A stretch of 64,000 nucleotides of DNA, taken from contig NC_068981.1 in NCBI RefSeq assembly GCF_001194135.2, forward strand, positions 168,168,791 to 168,232,790, in the 5' to 3' direction. Both the position numbers and the translations under genes were made by a program. Every line of letters starts with the position of its first letter. Within the stretch, counting starts at the first letter, position 1. Source of the DNA: Octopus bimaculoides (taxonomy: Eukaryota). Shown here in pieces: positions 52,250-64,000 of the stretch. The notes below the pieces were generated by a model. The model was not told where the DNA came from and ran no database searches. It saw nothing but the letters and a program-made list of their open reading frames with translations.

Positions 52250-52590
52250 GCCTTACTGGTACTTTGCCGGTGGCACGTGAAAAGACATTCGAGTGAGGTC
52301 GTTGCCAGTGCCGCTGGACTGGCTCCTGTGCAGGTGGCACATAAAAAACACCATTTGAGCGTAGCCATTGCCAGTACTGCCTGACTGGCCTTCATGCCGG
52401 TGGAATGTAAAAGCACCCACTACACTCTCTGAGTGGTTGGCATTAGGAAGGGTATCCAGCTGTAGAAACTCTGCCAGATCAGACTGGAGCCTGGTGCAGC
52501 CATCTGGTTCGCCAGTCCTCAGTTAAATCGTCCAACCCATCCTAGCATGGAAAGCGGACGTTAAATGATGATGATGATGATGATGATGAT
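52250..52590 (+). mobile_element. Abundant RTE-related SINE (GGAAGGGCATCCAGCTGTAGAAAC core, (GAT)n tail). About 18 copies, e.g. 1800-2020, 6263-6460, 7893-8115, 14783-15050, 17970-18260, 19218-19400, 27275-27640, 28165-28490, 31895-32150, 36630-36815, 38745-38943, 63275-63655
   Basis: A near-identical 180-350-bp sequence recurs on both strands. The core resembles RTE 5'-UTR-derived (Ceph-domain-like) sequence as recalled. Confidence 0.9.
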
Positions 52591-53518
52591 ATATATATAT
52601 ATATATACTCATATATATATATATGTCTGTCTAAAAACCAGTGTTGTGTCATGTCTCCTTATGTCTTATAATCTTGCAGTTAGACAAACAGGATTCAATA
52701 AAATAGCTGTTAGGCTGAAATAGATTGGATTGGTTATATGAGTCACTAAAAACTCCTGGAAGCTTTGCCCCAGCATGAGCACAATTCAGTGACTGAAACT
52801 AGCAAATGAGTACAAGAGATTATGTCTGTGAGCAGCACAAGCTTGCACGCATGTGTCAATCTTGGCAAAATGTTACTCTTTGTCAGTAAAACATTGATTT
52901 GCATTCAGATAGAGTTAATGCTGTGTAAGTGTATATGTAGGTGTATAGATATACAGTTAAAGGCTTTGCGTATTATCAGTAATGTTACATAATCACATAT
53001 AGTATAAATATAATCATCATCATCATTATGCAAGTACATCTAACAGCATAGTTCATAATGATTGAATGGAAGTTCTTGTGTTGTTGAGATCTTTTGGCAA
53101 TGTGTATGTGGTCAGCTTGATTTTTCATTTCAGTAATGTTGACAGCTTCCAAATCCTGTTTCCTGACTGGGTCACCACACAGGTGGACAGTTGAAATAAA
53201 TAAATAGAAAAAATTCTTTTACTTTTATAAAAAAGATTTTAAAAAGTATGGACGGCCCTGCATATGAAAAACTATGTCCCTTTACGTCCATTTATGTGGG
53301 AGCTCTGGGCAAAATGTTGTGGTTCATGACCATCCTTGGAACATAATTGATGTGTATGTAAATTTTGGAGAAAATTGGTTGAGAATTGAGGAAATGTATG
53401 TGTTAACCATTATACACACACATACTGTGATTTATATATACTAGATCAGTATGGTATTAGATTTTTGTTTACATTTCTGGATGAATCATAAAGGAAGGCA
53501 ATGTTAATTTCTCTTCAG

Positions 53519-53662
53519 AGATCTGATAAGAATGATTTGGACAACAATTGCAGTGATAATCATTCACAAAATGTGATCAAACAATACCACTGTCCAGTAC
53601 AAAGCTGTGTATACAATGTTTCATCAAAAAGGCATTTTGCATCCAAAAAGCTACTGAAGCAG
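53519..53662 (+). CDS. ATMIN: ATMIN coding exon 2, zinc finger 2 (CPVQSC...FASKKLLKQ)
   Basis: ctcttcag|AGA ... CAG|gtgagt, 144 nt, phase 0-0. Confidence 0.93.
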
Positions 53663-54294
53663 GTGAGTTTATTTATAATTTTTTTTCTTAATTTTTGGAA
53701 ATATTTTTTTCACTCATTCACAAATGTTTATTTATATATGATATTATTGATTAGTCCCAGATCACCTTTGATGAAGCAGATTTTAATAAAATATTCCAGC
53801 TAAGACAGTCTCATCTTATTTCTAGACAAATCTATTAAAAACTTCTTATTTCTCTAATATGGCAATTTTTTGAGATTATAAAATATGGTTTCAGTGGTAT
53901 TTGGCTATTATTTCTAACTGGTCTAGTGGTTATGTAAGAGGCTCCCTTATTGGCTCATTTATATAAATATGTGAATCATATCTACATATGTATGCTTATT
54001 CTGAAAGCCTTTGCTATTCTGTTAGTATGAGGGCATTTATTTGAATATCTTACTTGTTATTTTTCAAATCACTCAACTATGAAGTTAGAGTTGGTTCTTA
54101 TTTCCAGTTAGGCTAAAAATGAAACAACTGGAATTAGGTACCTTATCAAAATGCCCTGAGCAAACTTAAATGCCACAAATGAGTTACTGTAAAAAAATAA
54201 TGAAAGGCATGTTGCTGTGCAGACTTGTTAAATTCATACAATATAAAGATGCAGGCTTAATAGTTGAGGAATGTGCAACATGCAAATTCTCAGT

Positions 54295-54680
54295 AGGTAG
54301 ACCCAGGAAGACCTGGGATGAGGTAGTGAAGCACGACCTTCGAACATTAGGCCTCACTGAGGCAACGACTAGTGACTGAGACCTTTGGAAATATGCTGTG
54401 CTTGAGAAGACCCAGCAAGCCAAGTGAGACCATAACCCGTGGCCTATGCCAGTGGTGTAACCAGCCCACTTATGCGTACCTTTCCTTCATTGGACACTAA
54501 ACTCTGCTTGCGAAGACCTGTTGAGTCAAGTGAAATCGAAATCAAATTCGATGACAGCACTGCAAATTCGATGGAGCCTGGTGCAGCCATCTGGCTCGCC
54601 AGTCCTCAGTCAAACCGTCCAACCCATGCCAGTATGGAAAGAGGACATTGAATGATGACGGTGACGATGACGACGACTGA
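54295..54680 (+). mobile_element. RTE LINE 3' end (ORF end, 3' UTR and GAY-repeat tail)
   Basis: GRPRKTWDEVVKHDLRTLGLTEA followed by a 3' UTR ending GTCCAACCCATGCCAGTATGGAAAGAGGACATTGAATGATGACG... Confidence 0.85.
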
Positions 54681-55143
54681 GTCTTGAATAGACAAAAGGC
54701 CATAAATGTAGGTATGATAAAAGATCAATTGCATTGGTACCAGAAGGACCTATGATAAATTGACTGTAGTAAAGTTTGAATTCATAATGTAAAGAGCCAT
54801 AACAAAATATTGAGTTCAAATTTTGGCACAGGGCCAGCAATATTTAGAGGAAGAGTAAGTAACTTACATCAACCCAATGTTCAACTGGTACTTATTTTGC
54901 CAACACCAAAATGATAAATGATAAAGTTGACCCCAGTGGAACTTGAACATAAAGATGGTCAAAATGTCACTAACTCCTAACCATAAAATATTGCAAGGCA
55001 TTTTGTCTCACACTTTAATAATTCTGAAAATCTCCAATGCTTTCTTATGTTGGATACAATTTAAATTTTGTTAAAATCCTTAATTTATGTAAATCTGTAT
55101 TAGAACATATTTAATAACTTTTGTATTTTTTTATTTTGACCAG

Positions 55144-55355
55144 CATTACATGAAGGTTCATGCTGACAAGAAACACAAGTGTCCAAAATGTGGTCAGGGC
55201 TTTGGATTGGATCGGGATTGTCGCCGACACTTTGCAACATGTGGCATGATCTTCCGTTGCAAGACCTGTGATTGCCCTTTCAGCAGTGCAGAGGCAACTA
55301 TCAACCATTGCAATCTCAAGCAACATGAGATTCCAGCTGAATGCAAAAATATTAG
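55144..55355 (+). CDS. ATMIN: ATMIN coding exon 3 (HYMKVHADKKHKCPKCGQGFGLDRDCRRHFATCGMIFRCKTCDCPFSSAEATINHCNLKQHEIPAEC), zinc fingers 3-4
   Basis: ttttgaccag|CAT ... AG|gtaaat, 212 nt, phase 0-2. Strong match to recalled ATMIN HFMKMHAEKKHKCSKC...GHEIPAE. Confidence 0.95.
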
Positions 55356-56773
55356 GTAAATCTTTAAATTTCCTTAGCTTCTTGTTTCTCTTTCTGTCTA
55401 CGGATTCTTCAGTATTTACTATGGCCTAGTGGTTAAGGTGCTGTATTTATGATTATTATGAGTTTGCGGTTTTGATTTCCAGACCGGGTGGTGTGTTATG
55501 TGCTTGAGCAAAACACTTCATTTCCCATTACTCTGTGATCACTTCAACATCTGATGCATGGCACACCATGCACCTGTGTAAGCAATGTTGATTTGATGGA
55601 GGGAGTGAGCTCATATACAGCACAAACATTTAATCACTATCAAAAAAATCATCTGTGCAGGTTGTTCAGGAAGAAATTGCAGAATTATCTTCCTTGGGCT
55701 CAAGTTTACCAAGAAGACTCACCAATAATTACAAAATGATTCTTAAAATTATTAATAACTAATTTAGTCAAATTCTACTTTCTCACCAAATTCGTTTTGC
55801 TCTATTATCTCAGTTCAGCATGGTTTCTGTAGCTGGATGCCCTTCTTCATGCCAACCACTTTACAAAATGTACTGGGTATTTTTCTGTGGTACCAACACT
55901 AGTGATGTTGCCATGTAATTTGCTAGACTAAAGAGTTCCACTCACTGATAAGGAACATAGGAGAGAGGGAGGTGGTTTTATGCAATGTGTTGAGAAGTTA
56001 AGGTATGATGGGACAGGAACAGGTTTGTTGTTGTAAGGGAAATATATAACTACTTCATATTATATGAGGTCAGGTGGAGGTAATTGAAGTGGAGATGGAA
56101 AAAGAGATGAAAATGGTGGTGACAAAGTGTCCAAGCCTACCCTTAAGGTACAAGGCGGTGAATAGAAGAGAGCATGGGGACAGAATATCAAAAATGGTAG
56201 TGGAGGGATAATGGTTCGAGAGTGTGCAAGGTGAGTTGAGAGATAGTTAGATATAGGAAGTAATGGTGAATCTACTAGTAGTAAAGGATAAACAAGGGTC
56301 GGGATGGCTGATAGGACATATGAATGGAGGACAACTGTAATAAGAATAAGGCATGAATATCAATAGAAATTGCTGAGGGAAAAGAAAGGGATGAGCAGCA
56401 GAATAATACAATAAATAGGGAAGGGTTGAGAGCTAGGGAAATGACTAAGAGTTGGATGGGTATAAGGTTGCAATCTACACTCTTGATATATTTTCCATAA
56501 CTATGAATATAATCATGCAAATTTTATCCTTTGATAAATCTTATATAACCACAATTTTTATCTGGTTTTGTGTTTTTTTTTTAAATATATAATAATTCTG
56601 TAGTCTCTTTGCAAATGTTTGATTCCAGTGTTAATGTCAAAAGACGCATTGTAAACTATGCATTTAGTCTATAGTTGCATCTCTGTGTAAGTAAAATTGT
56701 CAGAACAGCACTAATTAGGTAGTTTTATAAAGTGAAGGCTTAGAATTAAGTATATCTGCTTTTGTTTTTTCAG

Positions 56774-57552
56774 ATCAGGAAAGACAACACCTGTCAGCGT
56801 TGCTCCAACTTTTATCATCTTACATACATCACCATCTGCACCTACTTCACAGTCTGCTAAAAAGGTTACTCCAACAACTTTTACAACATCTCAGCTGAGA
56901 CCTTTACTTCCCAAACCAGTTATTAAAACTACATTACTTTCAAGATCAGAGCCATTAGTTGTAAGTAGTGATGGAACAAGCAGTTTTACTCAGCTTTTAA
57001 ATACAGGATTGAATAAAACTCATTTGACTGAGTCAAACAATGTATGCATTCAAACTGAGAACCCATTAGATAACACAGTGATATCCTATCCTGCTTTAGA
57101 GAGTCACCTGTACAAGAGGACCAATGACCAAACAGACAGTACTCTATTTGCAGGTATAAACCAAAAATCTGTCAAAAGATTGTCTGAAGATGCTATTTAT
57201 TCATTGAACAAATTTACATCGTCCACAGGTATCCAAACTGCAGTAAGTGTACCACCTGTGAAAAAGAAATCTCTTCACAATATGGTGGGGACTCAGACAA
57301 TGGGTGATTATATCCTTACAACAGCTATGTCTTCAGCACAAATACCTATCCAACAGGTCTCCCAAGCATCTCAAGCTAACTCTCATTGCAAAGTAGCAAA
57401 GAATCAAAATACAGAGTCTAGCCATACCCAAACAATGGATGTTAAATCTTCCAAGTGGAAGAAAAGGCGACACTCTTTTTCTTGGCAAGAAAATTTGGAT
57501 GAAATACAAATCCATGAAAATACTCAGAATTTACTTCTTTTCAAAGACACAG
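56774..57552 (+). CDS. ATMIN: ATMIN coding exon 4 (LRPLLPKP motif, IQT/TQT motifs)
   Basis: tgttttttcag|A ... ACAG|gtaaat, 779 nt, open frame, phase 2-1. Confidence 0.9.
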
Positions 57553-57569
57553 GTAAATACATTTCTTAT

Positions 57570-58240
57570 GCATTTTTGACCATAAACTCACTCTTTAACA
57601 CTATATATGAGGTCACCTCTAACAATCTACAATCATACGCAAATGATAACCACCGTTCAGTTCTTTCTAAACTTCCACACCCAAGCATCATTCATATGTG
57701 ACCCAGACACTTCATACCAAATCTACATTGATTTCATTAAAAGAAACCTCAAAAACGTCTTTCAGTGGTGTCATACCTCTCTTGTCACTTTTGACAGGAC
57801 TAAGACACCAATCGCTACAGACATGAAGAAAGCACTGGCCACCACCCCCTTAAACATTAGAAATAGCATGCAACAAGAATCCTCAAGATCACTACAAATG
57901 CTAGGCCTCGTCATCACTGAGGATCTTTTCTGGGAAGTGCATATCCTCAACATAGCCAAACTGTGTTACAAAGACTGGCCTTCAGAACCAGAAAATACTT
58001 CATCATCCCCACCAACTACTCAAGACAAACAATGGAGTTCTGCTTCTACATCTGGGACAGTGCTACTGCTATACATGCATGTATGTGTATGCACACCACA
58101 CACACACACACAACATGAACTAATTCAAAGGAAACTTCATTGGTATGAAGTTGCTCATGAACATATTCTATACTCTGGCTCACTGATGCGTTGTCTCTTC
58201 TACCTTTTCTGCTACTACTACTACTGTAGCTTTTGCTTCT
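57570..58240 (+). mobile_element. Degenerate CR1/L2-like LINE RT remnant in ATMIN intron 4
   Basis: SYANDN (YADD-like)...LVTFDRTKT...LGLVITEDLFWEVHI translation in broken frames. Confidence 0.6.
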
Positions 58241-58782
58241 TGTAGCTAACTGGTCTTGTGCCACCTTATTCAGGCACTTTTAACCCCAACATATATCCTC
58301 TTGTCTCCTGTATCATATCCTCTTCCAGGCTGTCTACTAATCATTATACCTGGACCTTCCTCCACAGAATGTTTATTCCATGAAATTCCTGCCTTGCCTT
58401 TGCTTTTGTTGCAGTTTTTTCTTGTAGTTGTTCAAGTGGAATGTTAACTGCATAAGTTTCACCAGTTTCAAAGGCTGTACAAAGGCTACAGTATTGCCCC
58501 TTCTGACCAAACCAAAAATGTTACAGAAAAAAATTTATTTTTCTGACAGCTTTACACTTCAAGAACCATACCATCTTAAATTAACATAAATAAGACTATT
58601 GCTTAATTATTATTATTATTATTGTACAAGATTATCTTGCACAAAAAGATTTTGTTATTTAATTGCTTTTAGATTTATGTATGATTTTTATTGAAGCAAT
58701 TATTTGCTTTTGTTATTCAACTTGATAATTAACAACATTTATTACAAAACATCTCTTTAATTTATCCTTTTCTTTAACTTAG

Positions 58783-60713
58783 GTTCAACAAGTGAACTTA
58801 CTGACAATCATACTCAAACAATATCACAGAGTGTACCAGCCATTTCAACCCAGACTAATATGACTTGTCTTATGAACTCTTGGCCAAATGGGAAAGTAAC
58901 GTCTGATAACACCACTTCCTTCAATAGTCAACAAAGTACTGAGACCCAAACAATCAGCTCAGTCTTACAGAAGATGATGAACAAAAATGAGGACAGTTTC
59001 TATCAGTTAGCTGCTCCTTACAATGAAGAATCCAGTACAGAACAATCATCCTTTCCTCCAATTGATTCTGACAATTCAAAGGCAGCTCTACCAAACACTA
59101 TCAATTCTTCACTGCAAACTAATGCTGCCATGGACTTACTCTATTCTCCATTATCAAGTGACTCTGATTCAACAATTAATAGACAAGTATCTTCTGATAA
59201 TTACCAAACTTTTAATTCTGAATTAACTCCAGCTTTGGATGACAGTAATTGTGCAAGTTTGCTGAATTCCATAGCAGACCAAAATGCAAGTGATAATTAC
59301 ATATGTGAAAATGAAGAAATGCAATCAAATGTTGTCAACAATCAGTCTGTAGAAAGCATTAGAAATAAGAATGAGATATCTGAATCTAGTAGTGCAATCT
59401 CTTTTAGCTTTATTAATCAAAGCCTTGACACTAATGAGTGTTCCTTGAGCAGTTTTTCATCTTCAAGGCAACACCATGGTGCTTTGGCTAGTTTTTCCAA
59501 TTTACAGAACATAAATCAAGAATCAGAAGATAATCAAAGAAATAATCAAGAAAATACTACTAACTTGTTGAATTCTTTGGTTGACAAAGATCCAATTTTG
59601 TACAGTAGCACTAGTTTCGCTGATATTGGGGACTCCAGTGATGCCCTAAAATATCCTCAGATGGAATCTTTTGACAATGTGCAGGCTTTTACCACATCAA
59701 CAACACCTCCTTTGGATATAACTGATGCATCATTGTTATCATTTGATAAAAGACTCAACACTACTAACAGGAATAACAACACTGATAATTATCTTATTCA
59801 ACCAGAATCTGCTAAGAAGAAAAATAAAATCTCTCAAAATTCAGATATAAGAAACATATCCAACAAGTCATTCTTTAATAGTTCTCTGGAGAACAGAATG
59901 ACTGGAGATAACGAGACACAATCAGAGAAAATCTACTTTGATTCTACAAAGAATGCTGAGATGAACTTCCCATCTGGCGAATTCTATTTAAGCAATCCAA
60001 ATGTTAGTCCAGTTCAGTGTAATCAAAGTCTTTCTGAAAAACTATTTAGCTCTGAGAAAGGTGTTGGTACAGATTCCTGCATTAACCATTACACTGATAT
60101 GTCTTCAACTGCCAGCAGTTTCTACAACACAACCAATGATATTTTGAATGATGCGGAGAACAAAGATAGCTCAACGTCTATGAATGATGTGATAGAAGAT
60201 GCTAGAAACAGAATTTCTATGAGTTCTCTTTCAAGTGCTGAATGTAATCCATTGATTTCTAGAGAGTTCCCACCAATGGTGGCTAACAGTGAAGTACAGA
60301 CGCTTGCATTAGACAACAACATTGAAGCTCTGTTGAACAATTCTGAACACTCGCGATCCTCATCTGTCATCGACATGCACACACAAACTGTTGAAGACAT
60401 ATTGGACTTGTTTGGAAACAACATGGAAACCCAAACGGCTGTTGATGATACATTCTTACTTGGACTTGAATTCTCTGACATTGAAACTCAGACGACAGCT
60501 GGAGATCTTGATTCAGTAGAAAGTCGCTGTCTGATTACTGCAGGAACCCAAACAACATTTTCAAATCTCAATCTCAGTCAAGATGTCGAGTTCTCTGATA
60601 TGGAAACCCAAACTGGCTTTACCATGATGGATCTGGATACTTTTCTCACTGATTCACATACACAAACAACATTTGGAGAGCTAGAAGACTTTCTCTGTGG
60701 CTTTCATTCTTAA
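58783..60713 (+). CDS. ATMIN: ATMIN terminal coding exon: long S/T/N-rich disordered region with a TQT-motif cluster (DYNLL1/LC8 binding); stop TAA at 60713
   Basis: tctttaacttag|GT acceptor, 1931-nt open frame. Total CDS is 3219 nt (1072 aa plus stop) with all splice phases consistent. Confidence 0.93.
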
Positions 60714-60831
60714 GTGTAAACAAAAACAGCAGCTAAAATATTCTGTTTTTCGTCATTGTTGCATCTACTATTTGTTATAATATTTGAGCAGAGTGATAAA
60801 AAAATGATAGACAGAAATTACACTACAAAGT

Positions 60832-60837
60832 ATTAAA
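60832..60837 (+). terminator. Candidate ATMIN poly(A) signal (ATTAAA) followed by a GT/T-rich downstream element
   Basis: ATTAAA about 120 nt after the stop, with gggttttgttttt about 25 nt downstream. Motif only. Confidence 0.3.
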
Positions 60838-62164
60838 TAATTCACTGAATTAAGACAGGGTTTTGTTTTTAGAAACTACTTGTGTCTTAATTGACTGATA
60901 AATTATCAAAATACATCTTGTTTTTGTGCTAATTATAACAGAAAATAATTTTGTTTTAATTTTATTCTGTTGCATAGAGTAGTAAGGTAGCAAGGTTAAA
61001 GTGTTAGACTAAGTATTTTGTAGCTATTAATATCAGCCCTCTTTATTCTAAACTTGAATTTGACTATTTTTATTTTCCTTTTATCCCTTCAGTATCTATA
61101 AAATAAGCACAAGAAATATATAATCTTTCTCTATAATAATATGTAATTTGTTTAGATTTCTAAGAATTAATAATGCACTTAAAACAACTAATTATAGTTA
61201 TGTCGGATCATGGATTTCAGAATTTCTGAACCACCATTAGCTATCCTCTTCATTTTCAAGATATAGTTTGTTTGTTTATTTATTTATTTATTTTTTAATT
61301 GTACGTTTGTTTAAACACTTGATGTTTTTTTTGTTTTTTGTTTCCATGTGATAATAATTTAAAAAACAAACACAGAAAAGGCAAAACAGAACAAATTTAG
61401 TGTTCTGATTATTGTATATTTTATTTTGCAAATTTAATGATATTGGTTTCAAGTAAAGATACATTGAACATATCAAATATGGTTTTGCTTATTACCATTC
61501 TTAATGCATCAGCATTTATCTTACATCTTATTTTGAATTTACTGAATCAACAATATCATTGTCATTGCATCTGTATTTAGTTTCTATTGGGATAGGTTTG
61601 ATAGGTCTGTCATCTGGCATATCAAACCTCCTGTTTCTGCATCATCTTATTTACAGGGTTTAACATATTGAGATATGAATTCATAATTTCTTCCTATGTC
61701 TTTCTAGGTCTTTCTCTGTTGCAACCTACTTTACACTTTCTGATTACAGCTCTTTTTTATTTCACACTTGTTGTCCATTCACATCACATCTTTAACAGTA
61801 CAACATACTGCATAGGTTCAAGCAGTGCTGTGTGGTTAAGAAGCTAGCTTTGCAACCAAGTGGTTTTGGGCTCAGTCTCACTGTGTGGAACTTTAGCCAA
61901 GTGTCTTTTCCTATAGCCCCAAGCCGACCAATGATTTGTGAGTGGATTTGGTTTGATGTAAACAGTGTAGAAGTTTGTCATATATGTGTGTGTGTGTGTG
62001 TGTGGTAAGAAGCTTGCTTTCCAACCACGTGGTTCCATTTCAGTCTCACTGCATGGTGCTTTGGGCAAGTGTCTTCTACTATAGCCTCAGGCTGACCAAA
62101 GCCTTGTGAGTGGATTTGGTTGACAGAAACTGAAAGAAGCATGTTGTGTATATATGTGTATGTG

Positions 62165-63150
62165 CTGGCATGGTTGTTACATTAGGGAATGATGCTCCTG
62201 CTTTATCAACAGTGCATAAGTGGGTATCTGAATTTAGGTGGGGAAAGAAGAGTCTTGAAGATGACCCTGGGTTTGGATGCAACTGCCATCACAAGGAAAA
62301 CATTGATTGTTTTCACCAATTGGTGATGGATGACAGGTGATTGACTATAAATCAAGTAACCAATTCTATTAGCATATCCTCTGAGAGAGTTGAGATTATT
62401 CAGCACAATGAACTTGGCATGACAAAGTGGTAATACATCTGACACCTGATCAAAAGAGCACCAGGCTGATCACATCATGGGAAAAAAATCTGACATTGTT
62501 TCAGGCAGATCCAGCCAGTTTCCTTGAATGTTTCCTAAGCCAGAATGAGTGTTGGCTTCATCACTTTGAACCAGAGACAAAAAGACAATCCATGCAGTGG
62601 AAACACCCTCCTCACCTGCTCCAAAGAGGGCCAACGTTGTTTCATCTGTAGAGAAGGTGATGGCTTCAGTTTTTTGGGATGCAAAAAGCATTGTGTTTAT
62701 TGACTGTCTTCAAAAGGACCACACCGTCAATGGAGAATTCTATGCCAACTTGTTGAGGCAGTTATGAAAGGTTATCAAGATCTAATACCCAGGAAAATTG
62801 ATGAAAGAGGTCTTGTTTCCTTAGGACAATGCTCCAGCATATAAGTCCTTGGTTTCAAATGACTGTGACTGGTTGATAACACTCCATATTCTCCTGATTA
62901 TTTTCCCATATAACTATTATCTGTTCCATAACATAAAAGACACTTAGCTAAGAAGCAGTATCACAGTGATGATGACATCACATCCACTGTTGATGACTTT
63001 TTTTTTACCACGAGATGATGAAGACGTCTTCACTGATGGGATCCAAGCACTACAACACCAACGGAAGATGTGTGTGGACTGCAGGGGTCATTATGCTGAA
63101 AAATAAACCTCATTTGGTCACATTCTATGAGGGTGTCATGGTCAGGCTAT
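62165..63150 (+). mobile_element. Degenerate mariner transposase pseudogene
   Basis: STVHKWVSEFRWGKKSLEDDP, WLHHFEPETKRQSMQW, KVMASVFWDAKSIVFID, YSPD-like; many stops. Confidence 0.85.
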
Positions 63151-64000
63151 GAATATTTTAACCCACCATCACTCTGACAACCAGTGTTGGTTTGTTTATA
63201 TCCCCATAACTTTGCAGTTTTTGTGGGAAAAACAGAAGGTAATGATATGGAATGTTTTATTCAATTTGTATTGGTTTTCATCATCATCATTTAACGTCCG
63301 CTTTCTATGCCAGCATGGGTTGGACGATTTGACTGAGGACTGGCAAACCAGGAGACTGCACCAGGCTCCAATCTGATCTGGCAGAGTTTCTACAGCTGGA
63401 TGCCCTTCCTAACACCAACCATTTCGAGAATGTAGTGGGTGCTTTTATGTGCCGCCGGCATGAAGGCCAGTCAGGCGGTACTGGCAACGGCTATGCTCAA
63501 ATGGTGTTTTTACGTGCCACCTGCACAGGAGCCAGTCCAGCAGCACTGGCAAGGACCTCGCTCAAATATTTTTTTCACATGCCGACACAAGTGCCAGTAA
63601 GGCAACGCTGGTAACGATCACGCTTGAATGGTACTTTTTACATGCCACCAGCACAGTTTTATTAAAAAGATTGCATTACTGGTTAAAAGAAGTTATTTAA
63701 TTATCAGGATATTGAAGTAGTGGGGGTCAATTGGTTCAGCTAAACCCTTCGAGGAGGTGCCCCAACATGGCTACAGTTCAATGGTTGAAACAAATACAGA
63801 AAAGTAAAAGAAAATATACATTTATTTCAGTAGATTTATGCCTAGCATTTTTCCATCACCCTTGTGATCAACCTTTCATAAAAGTTAATTTGTTTTATTG
63901 GTGCTGAACACATCAAAATGTTGCAGCTCATTTTCATTTACAAAATACTATTGCTTTGGCCACTATACATTTTTCTCACTCCCTAAAGCTACAGATAAAT

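Noticed and set aside
53230-53450. Helitron-like terminus (..ACACACATACTGTGATTTATATATACTAGAT)
   Set aside because: The opposite end and hairpin could not be identified, so support is too weak.
63435-63655. Repeat-spacer-like pattern resembling a CRISPR array
   Set aside because: The 'spacers' are homologous to each other (diverged monomers), the context is eukaryotic, and there are no cas genes.

Overview
AT-rich, intron-rich animal genomic DNA with about 10 N-gaps. The SINE and microsatellite content suggests Octopus or another coleoid cephalopod (inference). Two divergently transcribed protein-coding genes are present. (1) DEF8 on the minus strand: 6 well-supported coding exons plus one candidate 50-nt exon with a GC donor, spanning 31692 to 2989; the C1 zinc finger is present and the RH domain lies beyond the left edge. 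(2) A complete ATMIN/ASCIZ on the plus strand: 5 coding exons, 51614-60713, 1072 aa, with 4 zinc fingers and 11 TQT motifs. The rest is mostly transposon-derived: RTE-related and tRNA-headed SINEs, RTE/CR1/Penelope/CRE retroelement remnants, a Ty3/gypsy integrase with 3' LTR, mariner remnants, and pogo-, hAT- and piggyBac-like MITEs. The most unusual items are a 178-bp palindromic MITE filled with head-to-head TTAGGG/CCCTAA telomeric repeats (8-bp TSD, Merlin-like GGTAA ends), a double hairpin at the end of a CRE-clade retroelement, two long intronic fold-back palindromes in DEF8, an RTE insertion with a twin-priming-type inversion, and a duplicated EDHFS motif in DEF8. No tRNA, rRNA or CRISPR features were found. 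Family and orthologue assignments come from motif recall, not database searches.
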